DNA from: Leptogorgia sarmentosa
Taxonomy: Eukaryota
Assembly (NCBI GenBank): GCA_964658305.1
Contig: OZ210885.1
Span: 17,546,001 to 17,610,000 of the forward strand
Length of the DNA stretch: 64,000 nucleotides
Reading direction: 5' to 3'
The position numbers and the translations under genes are program-made. Every line of letters starts with the position of its first letter. The first letter of the stretch is position 1. The notes under the pieces are model-generated. The model searched no databases, was not told where the DNA came from, and saw only the letters and a list, made by a program, of their open reading frames with translations. Positions 36,160-50,800 of this stretch are shown one piece after another.

Positions 36160-37656
36160 CTTTAGACAAGAGCCCTGGAATCAGACCAATCGGTGTGGGG
36201 GAAGTGCTGCGTAGAATTATCGGTAAGACCATAACCTCTTTCCCGAAGGAAGATATTAAGGAACCCGATGCGCCACTTCAAGTCTGCGCTGGACACAGTG
36301 CTGGGGCAGAAGCTGCAATACACGTGATGAGTCATGTCTTTGATGAAGAAGAGACTGACGGAATCATCTTGATTGACGCGACCAACGCTTTCAATCAAAT
36401 GAACAGAGCTGTAGCTATGCATAACCTTCAGATAACCTGCAACAAATTATCCATGTATATTATCAACACCTCCAGGCTTTTCATATGTGGGGGAGGTGAA
36501 ATTTTGTCGCAAGAAGGAACCACGCAAGGAGATCCCCTAGCAATGCGCTGGTACTCAGTCAACACGGCTGTAATGATTCAAAGTCTGAGATTAAATATAC
36601 CTGAAGTCAAACAAGTATGGCTGGCTGACGATTCAGCAGGAGGAGGAAGACTGATGCATATACATAATTGGTACAAGTACCTGAAAGGGGAAGGAAAGAA
36701 ATATGGTTATTTAGTAAATGGCTCAAAAAGTTGGCTTATAGTTAAGTCACAAGAACTGGCGAAAGAAGCAAAGCGGATCTTTGGAGATGAAGTCAATATT
36801 ACCACAGAAGGACAACGACACTTAGGGGCTGTTATAGGATCCAAAGAATATAAGGAACAATATTGCAGAGATAAAGTCCAAGTTTGGAAACGAAATATCA
36901 CATCCCTGGCAGAAATTGCAAAAAGCCAACCTCATGCGGCCTACATTGCTCTCACGAAAGCATACAAATCTAAATTTACATACTTCTTGAGAACAATTGA
37001 GGCTTTCGAGGAGTATGTAGATCCGATACATGAAGTCTTGAATGAGATGCTCCTTCCACAGCTCTTTGGCCAGGAAGAACCCCGTATTCCGAATTCGAGA
37101 GTCGAAGCCCCACAGCAATACCAAGCATCAAAGTTACTCACCAAACAACACGTAGGTTTGATAAGATGCCAAAGTGATAGTATGGAACCTAGCAAGCAAT
37201 CAATAAATGATCTAAAGAGAGTACAGCAGGCAATCAAGATGGAGAACAACAAGTCAAGAATGGATAGCATCGACGATTCCCTACCCTCAGATGTTCTTGT
37301 TCTGGTAATGCAATCAAGAGACAAAGGAGCAAGCTCCTGGCTAAACGCTACACCATTCAAAGACCAAGGTTTAGCCCTGAATAAGCAAGAATTTAGAGAC
37401 TCATTGCGAATGAGATACAACCTACCTCTGAACAACTTACCAAGCAAGTGTGCATGTGGAGATCAAAAAGGGGGGGTTTGTGGCGCAAAGGCATGACGGA
37501 GTTCGCAATTTGCTCACTGCCCAACTTGGTAAAGTTTGTAAGAACGTGGAAACAGAACCACATCTCCAACCCCTCGACAACGAAAGATTCCATCTGAGAT
37601 CGACCACTACAAACTCTGAAGCGAGATTAGACATGAAGGCGGATGGTTTTTGGTTA
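36160..37656 (+). pseudogene. CRE-type non-LTR retrotransposon RT and zinc finger/RLE start (5' part)
   Basis: RPIGVGEVLRRIIGK, QVCAG...AEAAIH, DATNAFN, EGTTQGDPLAM, WLADD, GASSWL, RHDGVRN, EPHLQPL, ARLDMKADGFW. Confidence 0.85.
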
Positions 37657-37754
37657 CACGCCGGGCTGGAATACTCATTTATTTGGCCAGATGGCCAACA
37701 AGGCGAGCCTGCGTTAGTCATAATTGTTGTCAGTTGTAACTACCATTTTCCAAT

Positions 37755-40700
37755 ATGGCGTCTCTACTTGTGAATCTGCACGAAGTAGTTGAAAGTTATA
37801 TAAAGAAAGCAAAAGACAGAGACATTGCAGAAAAAATTGGAAGTGAGGTCCTGGAACGTTCTAGACAAGTTATAAAGAAGTACAAGTTTACGCCAGAGGA
37901 TGCCTGCCTTTTTCACGTTGCTGAACTTTATCCAATGCTTTCGAGGGAGTTGCATCGTTTGCTGAAGATTATTCACAGGCGAATGAAAACTTCTACTGTA
38001 TTATCGCGCCCGTGGTCTATACGAGTCGTACGGAATGTGCCGAAAGAATTGTTTGAGTTATTGAAACAAACTATTTTGACAGGCAACTATGGTATTTTGG
38101 CGAGAAAAACCCGATGTTTGGAGCTTCTTCGACTATCAGATTTCTCAACAGTGATCAAGTGGTTAAAACATGTTATTAGTCATGCATTTGTCTCGGTTGA
38201 TGAAACCCAAATTTTATTAAAAAGTTTTAAGAATGGTAGTGGTGGGCGATACAGCGAATATCGATTTCGATAAAAACCGAGAAAAACCGAGAACTTTTCT
38301 GTCGATACCACTGTTTCGATACTTTTTTCGATACCGATACTTGCCGGCAGACAAAGAACTTCATACACTAGTTAAATATATTTGTATCACAGCAATTAAT
38401 AAACTTAATATTCAATTTAATATTAAACAACGTTAACAAGCATTCTTATTAAACAACATTAACAACCGTCTTTAACGCTCAAGTTTTAGTCTAAATGTTT
38501 TGATTGAGGAAGAGCAACATATTTACATTATTAGGTTTCAAGCAGCTTCTCTTATGCGATACCAGTTCTCCTGCTTTTGAGAATAGTCGTTCAGAGGGAA
38601 CCGATGTGGCGGTTATACATAGATATTTCCGAGCAAGTTTGCTCAGTTTATGATACTCCTTCTCATGCTCCAGCCACCATGCATGTTCCCTAAAATATTC
38701 TCTGGTTTCCACTGGACCGCCGGCGCTATTATTTCTTGTACTGACGGAATTTGATACTTTAGAATCGAACTCCTTCCATAAGAGGTCAGTGGCTGGCGTA
38801 ACTGTGGCGACAATCTGCTCCTGGACAGCTATTGGATCTTGTATTGTTGCCATCTCTTGAACTAAGGATTGCACTCCTTGCCTTTCCATACTGTTTCGAA
38901 ATGCCAATTTCTGGAAACGAGGATCAAGAATGGTTGACTTTGCAAGGGGTAGATTCGCCTCAATATTCACAAATCGACGCTGCATCTGAGGTATCAACTC
39001 ATGCTTTAACGGAAAAGTGGCACTACTTCCAACGGTAACGCGTTGCAGTGGTATGACCTTTGAGATTGAAACATATTTATCAGCGCTCATCTCCACTGTA
39101 GCTATTTCAAACGGTTTTAAGACATCTATGATTTCTTTTGTTAGCTTGAGATCTTCATCGGTAAGACACATGTCACTTTTACCTTGTAGACAAAGAGTGG
39201 TGGTTACAGCATCATGCTGCTCCAAAATTCTTTCGAGCATATAAAATGTTGAATTCCATCTGGTGTCTACATCTTGGATTAACTTCTTCTCGGGGACTTC
39301 AAGCTGCTTCTGAACTTCTCTTAATTTGTCAGAGGCTTTGCAGCTATGGTGAAAAAAAGTGACAATATCAATATCTTAAAAGTGACAAAACATGGGATGT
39401 GGGTCCAACCAGTAATTCTGGCAGCAGCCACAGCGTTTGCTGCATTGTCTGTTACTAATGCAACAACCTTCTCAGAGATTTCCCATTCTTTAGCAATTCT
39501 TATCAGTTCCGCAGCAATATTTTCTGCGGTATGAGAAATACTTAGATGGAAGGTTTCCAAAACAAAAGTTTTGAGCTGCCATGATTCATCTATAAAATGA
39601 CATGTGACTGTCATGTACCCTTGGGTTGCCCTCGAAGTCCATATATCTGTGGTCAAACAAACAGCTGAAGAAGCGTTTAGCTTATTCTTTACTATTTCCT
39701 TGACATCATTATACTTTTCTGGAATTTTACGCATCAAAGTTCGTCGGCTGGGCGGTTGATACTTTGGGTCGAGCAAATTTACAAACTTTTTGAATCCCTT
39801 GTCTTCGACGATCGTTGAGGGCTGCATGTCGATAGCTACCATTTCTAATAACGCGTTATCTAGTCGTTTCTGTCGTGGGCATGTCGAGCTATACTTCTGA
39901 GTCTTGGCAATAGTTGTTTCAAGCGTAGGTTGAACAGCTGGTATACGCGATTTCCTTTTATTTCGGCTCTCTTCTTCTTCCTTTTTCCGTGTTTCGACGA
40001 TTTTGTGTTCTGGGGGGTGTTTACACTTCAACCTCGTACCCAGGGTCTTATGATCTCCGCTCCCGCTGCTCTCCCGCTACGACAAAGACCCTGGCTGCCG
40101 CTGGTCACGTGATTCATTAAAAATTGATTGCCTTAGGGGGTGAGGGGAAGTATCATATTGTAATAATTCGTCGTATTCTCTCGCATTAAACCACACTAAT
40201 TTGAACAACTCAACTATATTTATTATACACACACACACGGACCACTAGTTACAACAACCCCCAAACAGTTCATTCCTATTTTTATCCCAAAAACGAATTA
40301 AGTCACGTCACTCAGTCTCGTGACCGGAAGTTCCCAGCCATTAATATGAATGTTTCTTACACATATTACATGTTTCCACTTGAAAACGTCAAACGTCATA
40401 ATTTCGCATAACTTCCGGAATAAGCTTGCATAAGATTCAGCTAGGTTCAAGGAGCGTCGACAATGTTGGAATACATTGCTTTCTTTCACTGCTTGAAATT
40501 TGCGATTGAAAATAGCTTGGATTGCGACGCAATATTAAAACCGAAGCAAATTATATGACTGGAGAGTGTCTTTTTTCAGAAAGATGTCATGTGCGTTCTT
40601 CCGACCGGTTATGGGAAGTCTTTGATTTTTCACCTCATGCCCATGTTGTTGTTTGCCAAACGTAAGCTACACGGCGATTCGTTTGGAGGAATTTCATCAG

Positions 40701-43700
40701 AAGATGTCAACACCATTGTAATTGTGATTTCGCCATTGAACTCTTTAATGAGTAATCAAATCTCCCGTCTAAGCTTGAGTGGTATCCGAGCGTCCTTCCT
40801 TTCTGTGAAAGATCAATCACAAGATTCAGAAAATATACAACTAGATTTTACCCTCTGCGAAGAAGAGAAGCTGCTGAATGGCTATTACCATATTGTCTTT
40901 GCCCATCCTGAATCGTTGATTTCGAATAAATATGGTCGCGATTTGTTGTTGTCCAATACGTACAAGGAGAATGTCGTTGCAATTGTTGTGGATGAGGCTC
41001 ATTGCATATTGGACTGGTTAGTACCGCTTTTACTACCTTACATACTGTAGCTGCTTTTATATAATCTAAATCAAATGAATCAAATATATGCTACATTTTT
41101 CTAGTTTACTCTTCCAGTCTGCCATATTGGCACTGTAACAGATGATTTTGCTATTAGGCATTTGTGTTGTGTTTATTCAGTATTTGGCAGGATTTTATCC
41201 ATGAATACTTTTTTTATATCCGATTAATTTAGTTGCATACTTGTATGTAGCTTTTACATACCATTCTAACATAATTTAATTTAAAATAAATTTTGTTTTT
41301 GCAGGGGTACTGAATTCAGGATGGACTATTCCAAGCTTGGTGTTCTGTGTGCTTTGTTCCCAGACATTCCAGTTGTTGCTATGACTGCAACAGCTAGTCT
41401 TTCTGACATGATAAGCATTCAGGAGTCACTGGGATTAAAGAAGTGCAAGGTAGTCATAGCAAATCCCGACAGAGCAAATATTTTTTATGAGAAAGTCTTT
41501 CGATCTGGTAAAGATTCCGATGCGATCGAATCCATCCTGATACCTATTGCCAAAGGACTGTTAAAGGCAAAGGTTGAATATCCACTAACAGTTATATACA
41601 TTTCATTAAAACTATGTGGATTTGCATATAAGCTGTTTGAGTACATTCTGGGAAGTGAGCAATACTTTCCCATTGGCTCAGCTCAAATTCCAGCTAACAG
41701 AATGTTTGCTCAGTTTCATGCTCCACAGACCAGTGAAATGAAGGATGAAATACTAAAACAACTTTGTTCGACAAAAAGCACCATCCGTGTTGTCTTTGCA
41801 ACTGTGGCGATGGGGATGGGTGTGGATATACCGGATATCCGCAACATTATCCATATTGTTCCTCCATGCACTATTAAGTCTTATTTTCAAGAGACTGGTC
41901 GTGCTGGTAGGGATGGAAAGCCTGCATCTGCTACTTTATATTACAATAACCGAGATATTGCAAAAAATAGAGTGGGAATGCAGGATGATATGAGAGGTTT
42001 TTGTGCCAGTGAAAACACATGCATCAGGCTGTTGCTATTGAAAGCACTTGACTACGACTTGGAGAAACCTGCGAAGCAATTACATCTTTGTTGCAGTGTT
42101 TGCAAAGAAAAATGTGAGTGTGCAGATTGCTTGCACATTCATATGGAAAAACTTTAGGCGGCAGAAAAAATGACAACCTCGAAAAAACGAAAAAATGATA
42201 GGAATAATAATAGTATCTAATTTATCCAAATGTTTTTTTAAAAACTCATCAGTATAGCCTCTCTGGATTACTAATTAATTACTTGTTTGCAATCGACACC
42301 ATCTTCACTGATTTTGAAAACACATGTGGGAACTGTAAAATTTATATTCTTCATTCTTTGTCTAATTGAGCCAGGGACCATAAACTATCCATAGTACAGT
42401 AAGATGATTTCAAAGCAAAAGGTTCCAAAAATCAACCATTTTGCTGTAATAGATTTGATAGGATTAGTTTTAGGGTAATTTTTTAGGGTATTTTTGGTCA
42501 CTAATTTTATTATCTTGTTACCAATGGGAGGGAGACAATAAAGGGAGGAAGGGGGCATAAGGGAGGCAGGGTGTGTATAGTATTCTAAAATTGTTGTTTT
42601 AAAAGTTTAATTAACATGCTTAATAAAATATAGATTTGATGCTTTGTTATTTAGATTTATGTGTCCTAATAATTATCATATTCAATCAGTATATTTATGT
42701 ACAGTAAAAGGAAAATCAAATATTGTTTTCAATGGATTCTCTATGTGCTCAATAAAACGACAATGTTAATGAGCCTAATCTTCTTCCTCACTAGATTCCT
42801 GAGCATCACCTACTGGATAATGCCTCAGAATATTTTTTTTATGTCTTGCAAGCCATATGTCAAATTTATCTTGATCAAACAGATGCGTTGGATCACTAGA
42901 TATGCCAGTAAACGACTCAAAGGATCGTTCCTCATCCATTTGGAAAGGCTTTAAAGCTCTGAGGTCAGCAAGGATCAATCGCTCATCATCAACCGATGAC
43001 TTGTGTGAGTGTGTAGATGATCTGCGATGTAGATTCACCTGCTTTTCAAAGGACTCCACAATTTTTGACACTCCACCTGATGCCTTGCTTGCACGACTGA
43101 TTGCCTTCTGTGTTTTGTTAGCTCCCATTGATCTCACTAACTTCTTCATCTCACTGTTCATGTTCTCCTGAAATAAGTCTATTTCTATGTTCTTGCCAGC
43201 ACCACCACTCCAATTAACAGTGGCAGCCCATTGGCAGTGATAGGCCTCAGCTTCGGACAACAAGACTTGATTCTGTAACGTGTTAATTAGCATTTCAATT
43301 GCAAACTCATTAAAACCAGGTGTTGCGAAGAATTTAACCAACAACTGTTTTCTGATGACTGATAGGTGCTTGCCATTGCCTGTTGCCACAGAATCCCTGA
43401 AGTCTGAAAGCAGCATGAAGGACTTCAACAAGTTAACTGCATAACACCAAACATCATCTGTGACTAGATCTTCCACATTTTCATCAAAGAACACATACTC
43501 ATCTAGGAACTTGTCAAGGGTACTTGTGATGTAGCTCGTTCTTTCTTCTTCGCTAAGTACATGAGCACTGTGGGAAGCATTTGCCACTGGTTCATGTTTT
43601 GTGTCGACCATTTGGAAAAAATCCAAAAGTGCTTCAATCACATAACACTTACCAACACTAGCAAACAACTGCTCACAATGTTCATAATGCTTAACGTCAA

Positions 43701-46700
43701 CTGTTACATTTCTGCGGTTGAGTTTTTCTCTGAAGAATCTCAGGGTACCTTTCTCTCGTCCAGAATTTTTGTATAACTGCTTAAATACAGTCTACAAAAA
43801 TAAAAACCCTGTTAACGTCTTCAAAATGGACTAATTACCAGATTTCTATACAACATTTGATCAGTGACCATGGGTGTAGCCACCAGGGTAGATATACTCT
43901 AACCTTTCTTCCCTACCAGCTTTGTAATACTTTCAAAAACCAGATGAAATACAGGAGCTGGGGGTAACTGTTTACAAACCAATTTAGGTGGGTTCAAATC
44001 CATATTCAAAATACAAAAAAGAATTGGCCTTAATTTAATAGGCTGTAGAACAACAATAATACAGTATATGGTTCCACTACAGTACTTCCACATGTGTATA
44101 TTTCAAGACAAAAAATATTAAAGTGTTGGTTCATTTCAATAGGCCTGCAGTCATTTTTGTTTTGATTTATGTACTGTACCACCTAGGAACTCTATCAGTG
44201 AGAAGTTACAACACATGCACGAAAAATAATTTTTTATTTTGACCAATAAATGTGGAAATAAGCTTTAACGCAAAAACGAGGCTTGAGGTCTTGGCCCCTG
44301 AACCTTGTTTTCGTGTTAAAGCTCATTTCCACATTTATTTGTCAAAATAAAAAAATTCTTTTTCATGAGTTGTTGAAGAAGGATGTTCTGCTTCTTTGCT
44401 CATGGCTTGTGTGAAAAAAAAACTTGAAATCCTTTCCATTTAAGGCAGTTGAAATTTGTCCAAAGTTGAAAACAATGTACTTGTGATGTAATTACTGGAA
44501 AGGTCTATTGCACCAGCCTACCCTCCCTGGTAAATGAATGGTCCCTTTAGAGAAAATAAGTGGGTGCATGACTGCATGGGTGATCACGCATCATTGAGTG
44601 GAGCTAATGGGTTGATACTGCAACTAGAAAAACCAAGTCAGAAATACTGAACCTCAATATGTATTAACACAATGGCTTTGAATTTAACCACATCCAAATG
44701 ATAGAGTAGGGCACATTGTAGTGCACATAATGCACAGGTACTTACATTTACAGTTGCTTGGCCTTGTGTAAGCAGGACTGAATTTATACGCTGTACTCGG
44801 CTTAACTCATGACATCGTAGGAAACCTATGATGCCATAAATTAGGCAGATGGCAGGGTTTTTCTTCTCCTGGTGGTAACTGCTTTCCAGTAGGGTTGAAA
44901 GAATGTTGTTCACAGTAGGACATCGGGTTGAAAGTTCTTCCAAAATCTCTGTCATCCAACCTTCAGCAGACATCCCTTCATATTTTCTCTTCCTCAAGAC
45001 TGATGGAGTGCTTCTTCTGGCGACTTCGACGAGCTCTTTATTTGCTTTTTGTAGCAGGTCATATTCATGTTTAGATGGCTCATCTCTTTCATCCAACACT
45101 TGACCCTAGACAATGAAGCAAGTTAAAACGGTGATAAAATATTTATTTACTTTCTACATTGATAAATATTGATTTACTATATTCCATCTACCTTACAAAA
45201 TACTTTATTATTTTACAAATAGTATACATCGCCATTTACACGTGGATAAATAAAAACATATAATTGCAAAATGTATGATGATCATGAATACAATAGAACC
45301 ATTGTCTAATAAATTCATGAATAAGGTCATGAAATAATTAAGGTCATTCATGATGGTAAATTTCACGACGCAAAAAAATCATGATCGCAAAACATCGCTT
45401 AAGACTTTATAGATATAAGATATATGTGTTGCTTTTTGAAATAATTTAGAAATAGTGTGACTTACCTCGGCTACAGGTACTTCTACAGGCTCAATCAAGT
45501 CAAAGTCAAGGCTTCGTCTGCGCGGACCAGCACCAGATGCACATCTTTTGGCCGACGGTTTTGTTACAGAAGGCGAAAATTCTTTACATCGTTTAGCACG
45601 CAAATCATTCTGCAACAATCTTTGAGTCTCCACAATTTTATTTCTCAACTGGATGGCATTGTTCAACCTTCGCTCGCACGGCCTACAGATTAAATGTGGA
45701 AGGAGATTTTCTTGTGGCAACGCACAGCCGTATATCTTCTCTGCGTCTCGCAAAACGGTCAGATTCGAACTCCGAAATAGATTTTTGCAGTGATCACGAT
45801 CAACAACAGAGTTACAAAGCCTGCACCGTGAAATATCAGTCGATGTCGATTTACTGTAGTATTTTTTTGGCGTGTCTTTGCTAGCCATCGGCGCACCGTC
45901 AACTGATGAAATACAGGAGCATCAGGAGCATGCCGTTGGCTGAAATTTGATCTCATTCTATAGATCCAAGTTGACATCGCAATATGATACTCAAGATGAA
46001 TTATCAAGACGATTTTTATTGACTTCGTGTATTTTTCTTAGCATGACAATAAATATTCGGTAAAATACAGTTGTTAGTTTGTGTTTCCAAAACAGAAATC
46101 GCTCGCTCCTTGCAATCTTGCATATGTAATTTTCCAAGCGCTACAAATACTACCCTCCCGCCCCTCCCATAGGCATAATTCAATTTACCTCCCAGAATCT
46201 GGGAGGCACATGACCAGCGGCAGCCAGGGTCTTTGTCGTAGCGAGAGAGCAGCGGGAGCGGAGATCAAAAGACCCTGGGTACGAGGTTGTTTACACTTCA
46301 GATGCTAAAAGTATTGCACTCGAATTCAAGTTTCAACTCATTTTTTACTGAAATGAATTCACAAACCAGTTTGCAAAATTAGCATTTGATTGGCTGTTTT
46401 CTAACCTGTAGCCAGACGGAAACTCTGTTTACAAACCTGCTTGTCGAATTTCAATGAAAAGTGAGTTTGTAAGATATTTATTTAATAAACATGTGTCATA
46501 GTGATTAATCTGAACGTATTGATAGTATTTGAAACTATTAAACTTATAAATCAATTGAACCTGATCGCTGAGAATGCATTATTATAGATCCAAATCACAA
46601 GATATTTAACTCACCTTCGCAAGATTTGAAGTATTGCTTGAATGCTTTATAATAACTTTGCATATTAGACACTTTGATTGTCCTTCGGTATCCAACTTTT

Positions 46701-47118
46701 CAAAATAATCCCAAACAACGCTACAAGAATGTGAGGTTGACGCCATTTTGGCACTTTCGAGCACAAAAAAGAAAAACTTGAAAAAAAAACTTTGAAAAAA
46801 CTGTACCGCATGATCGTTTGGCAATGAAATAAACGAAGAACTTCATGTAACATTATATATTTCCTGTCACGTGACAAGTATCGAAAACATCGATACTTTA
46901 AAAAAGTATCGATACCATCTTTTGACTTGTGAATATCGAAAGTATCGATACTTTGGTAGTGGTATCGCCCACCACTAAAGAATGGTTCACAGTGCAAAGC
47001 TATTATCGTGGATGATCATCCACTTGTTATTAAATATTCCAAGACACTAGAAACTGTCCAATTCTGTTTGAACTACGGCTGCTGGAATGCATTTGGCATT
47101 GCACAACATGTTCTCTAG
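37755..47118 (+). CDS. Uncharacterised 204-aa second ORF of the CAC...GTG transposon (37755-38236 joined to 46986-47118), interrupted by a hAT
   Basis: Removing the hAT and one TSD copy gives an open frame MASLLVNL...LLKSFKNGSQCKAIIVDDHPLVIKYSKTLETVQFCLNYGCWNAFGIAQHVL*. Confidence 0.7.
40463..42157 (+). pseudogene. RecQ-like SF2 helicase of AcademH (intron 41017-41304; premature stop near 40557)
   Basis: LPTGYGKS, VISPLNSLM, AHPE, VDEAHC..W|GTEFR, MTATA, ATVAMGMGVD, YFQETGRAGRDG, Cys-rich tail. Confidence 0.9.
42775..45888 (-). pseudogene. Academ-type transposase, multi-exon, probably internally deleted
   Basis: N-terminal CRLC...CRPC zinc finger exon (about 45465-45888), middle exon (about 44744-45105), and C-terminal exon with FRDSVATGNG, TVNWSGGAGKNIEIDLFQENMN, HSHKS. 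Confidence 0.75.
44208..44375. mobile_element. Palindromic MITE inside AcademH
   Basis: Arms TTTTTTATTTTGACCAATAAATGTGGAAATAAGCTTTAAC and GTTAAAGCTCATTTCCACATTTATTTGTCAAAATAAAAAA are near-perfect inverted repeats. Confidence 0.7.
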
Positions 47119-47563
47119 ACCATGTAAGTTTGAGCTCATTATTTTCAACCTCTGTGTAAATAGGAAATATTGTTTTGTATTTTTTTGTATTTTTTTTGTA
47201 TCCTGCATGGTTTTTTAATGTAAGTTTATGTTTGTACCTGCTACTTAGCTCCCTTGAATTAATAAATTAAAAATGACAACAGTTTGCATGATATACTTCT
47301 ATTTTAAGCCTGCTTTTCATTAGTCACTGACAGTCGGCGAGCTCCATTGTCGGTGTTCATTGACAAGTAAAATCCTTTGAATATCTGAAATAATTTTATC
47401 CTTCAACAACTACCCACAGTGGCTTGCCGTCTGTTGCCAACTAATGAAAACCAGGTCTTAGACATGTAACTTTCACACAATTGAGAATTGTGTAATATAG
47501 ATTTATAGAAATGGAGTAAAAACACTGTCCATACAATATATTATAAAAAACATTTATTCATAA

Positions 47564-47564
<1 letters not shown>

Positions 47565-47602
<38 letters not shown>
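47565..47602. repeat. (TA)n microsatellite
   Basis: Seen directly. Confidence 0.9.
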
Positions 47603-47807
47603 ACAATTGTGATAAATCACAAGAAATACATTTGTTACAAATGGTGTGAAAATACTGTACATAAGTACAACATTATGAATAAAATTTCATAAATACATTT
47701 TAAGATCAGAAAAAATAAAAATATATAACACCTCTTAAACAACTGCATACCGGAATATAATAATCAAACAGTTATGCAATATTCCTTATTATGCAATCCA
47801 ACAGCTA

Positions 47808-50800
47808 TTTTATCCTTAGAATTTGTTTCATATCAGTGCTTAATACCCCAGCTAATGCTGTGTTGGATACAGCATGAAAAATATATGATGAGCAAATAGT
47901 GCAATCATGCTCACCTTCACACACAGGGTAACCACAATAACAAAATGTTTCCTGCTCTATTTCTGTGGGGATATAGTATAGTATAGCATGTGTTTATGTG
48001 CTGTGTACAGGCTACGAGCCGGCTCGTGTTTGCGAATCCAAACATTGCACATGTAGTCATGCCTCAAGACCATTGACCATCTTGTCGATTTCGTTGAATG
48101 TTTAGCAAACTGTGAAAGCCTGACATGTTTTGCTTCTCGACCTTGCATGCTGTTAAGACCAAGTCGCATACCATATTGATCGAATAGTATTTGTAGGTGT
48201 CTCGGTATGGCATACCCTACAGTCCAGAGTGTTGGGGTAACTGATTGCAAGAGAAGCACATTAGCATTAAACAATAATTGACATGCATTCTTGCACTTAT
48301 TAATTTCTTCTTGGGTAATGTTTACACGCGAGAAATAAGACACTGCATCCCTTAGTTGTAAACAGCAAAAAGCAATGGCTGCAATCCTCACTTTGGTCTC
48401 AGGGGGTCAACTGCTTGGCTTAATGCTTGCAGTAGAAACATGAACTTATGGCAAAATATTCTGCTTTCTTTACCTGTGAACCTGTAACTAAATTTACTAT
48501 TTCGACCTTCACTAAACCACAATCTAATTTTCTTAACTAGTCGGGCTGCACCTAACTGGTCTTTCAAGACTTTGATATAGGTACAGAACACAGACTCTGA
48601 TGGTAGATCCTCAATTTGTGTGCACGATTGTGTGATATTTGATTTAGTTAAAGCTATTTCAAGCATTAAACCATGAAAATACGCCCAAGCATTGTTGCTG
48701 TTATGCAATGGCTCCGCAAATGCCCGATCTACCAGTTTGCCCAGGAGTGGTTTGTACTCCTGACGAGATCCCTGAGCCTTAATAAAACTAAGCAGCTTCT
48801 TCCGTTTATTGGCTAGGGTACCCTTGGACTGTGATATTTTTTCCCTTTCCTGTGCAACCTTTTTAGCAACCTCAATCCTACTATTGTAATCCCAAGGTTG
48901 CCATGTGCAAGAAGTATCTTCCCCTAGTGACCCATTAGTAACTGCCTTATTATCACTATTTACATTTCCAAAGGGGGAAAAATAGAAAAATGCATTATTG
49001 AGCTCCCCAGACATTGCAGATATCCATTTCATGTCTGAAGGGACTAACTCAATTGTAAACCTGCAACAAAACCCTTGAATATTGTATGTCTCGCTTTCAA
49101 TATGGGCAATATCATGCATCAATTTTCTGGCATAATGTTGCATACTCTTGTGACTTTCCGAACAATTAGCCCCACATATTAGAAAATTGTCATTTTCACT
49201 TTGAATGTGCTTGCCTGCATTTATGAAAGATACAAGCCATGCAGTTGCTTCATCGTCTTTTCCAAATGGAGCACCATCCGCCCCAATAGCAACTCTGAAG
49301 TGATAAAATGGCAATGATCCAAAATGTTGGAAAAATGATGCAGCTGGTCCTAATGCTTGATCAACACTAATATATAAATCAGCTAAAACTATCATATAAC
49401 TGCAGAAATCCCTGAAGGATCCATGCACTGGCTCTTCAAATTCTGAATCCTCTACAGAGCAGAATTCAGATGCAAAATCATGAATGTTATGAACATCCTC
49501 TGACTTAATAAATGCTATCAGTTTATCATAATAGACAAGCTTTGGATTGGCCACTGACTTGCCAACATTTGTTTTCATTGCTTTTTTCATATTCTTTGGT
49601 GTGATTGCTTACTAAGACCGGAATGACCTTATCCTGCACTTTTTGTGACTTCCCCAAATATGTATGTAGCTGGTCAACTGAACTCTGCTGGATCAAAGTT
49701 ACCCACATTCCATCAAGAGATGCAGTATAACTATGTCCTAAATAAAAATGAAAACGGTTTTAAGAGGAAATCATTGCATAGTTTATTCATATACAGTGGT
49801 GTATCCAACTCTAAACCAGTGGGGGGTACAGTCATCTAGTACACGGATACCCTCGAGCTCGTACCCCACTCATTTTTACCAGGCTTTGAACAAACTTAAA
49901 AAATATTCCTAATATAAGTGAGGGAGGGGGGGCTGGTGGTGGTCCAGATCCCCCCTTTAACACATTAAAAACTTGCCTGGTATTACCGTCCATAGTAAGA
50001 AAATATATGGGGGGCCCAATAGCTTGTTTCCTGAAAATCAATGAATATTCAATTATTTATAATCTCACCTAAAGATCCATGTATTTTGTTGGAAGCATCT
50101 AAGGTCTCTTTTCGCCATCTTCTGTGGGATCGCTCTGATAGGGAACTTTGAAGTTTCTCAGAATTGTATGGGTTTAACGAAGAAGGAGTTTTCTGTCTTA
50201 TTGTTAATCTTCTTTTTAATGCCACTTGAGATGCTTTTATTGTTTCGCCCTTAACTTTTTCTTTCTTCTCAGACAATAAGTGGTTTTCTTCATTAATTTT
50301 GGACAGGTTTTCTTTATGGTGACAAACCTGCAAAAGGCATTTCTTTTCAACCAATAAAAACCAAAAATATACTAATATAAATACACACCTATATCCTATG
50401 ATTATATAGAGGAGAAAAATTGTCTGCTTTTAGACTGTATGATGAGTATTATATGCCTAATGTCTTCTCACAAGGGAAATAGTTTGGTTTCCCAAGAGGT
50501 TCACTCTTAGATAGATACACTGAGATGCAAAGAGAAACAAAACTAATTATTTCCTGAGGGAACAGACATTAAGTGTTTTGTTATTGCTGCTGTCTATTGT
50601 ACATTTTTCATCTTTACTTTCTATATTTCAATACAAACTTATACATGCAATATTAATGAAAATATATTTATAGGGTCAAGTAATAACTATAATGCTATAA
50701 TATCAAAATATGTCATATAAATTGCCAATGTGCAATTGCCCTTTATGAAGCCTTGACGAACTCACAAGCTTACCCTTTTCGAGACTTTTTCCAGCTCTTT

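Larger units (their letters stand above)
40029..46289. mobile_element. AcademH DNA transposon (RecQ-like helicase plus Academ-type transposase)
   Basis: TIR of about 80 bp starting CAACCTCGTACCCAGGGTCTT. Perfect 9-bp TSD TTTACACTT (40020-40028 / 46290-46298). Convergent helicase and transposase genes. Confidence 0.88.
38237..46977 (-). mobile_element. hAT (Ac/ZBED1-like) DNA transposon
   Basis: TIR TAGTGGTGGGCGATAC / GTATCGCCCACCACTA; perfect 8-bp TSD AAGAATGG (38229-38236 / 46978-46985); TCGATAC subterminal repeats. BED finger exon about 46615-46746 (VWDYF..CLIC..SNTSNL); LTTDIWTS, VTDNAAN, QDVDTRWNST, ATSVPSERLFS. Confidence 0.92.

Noticed and set aside
40463..42157. Host RecQ gene (BLM/WRN/RECQL)
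   Set aside because: It lies inside a TIR/TSD-bounded element next to a transposase, has only the helicase core, and has a premature stop.
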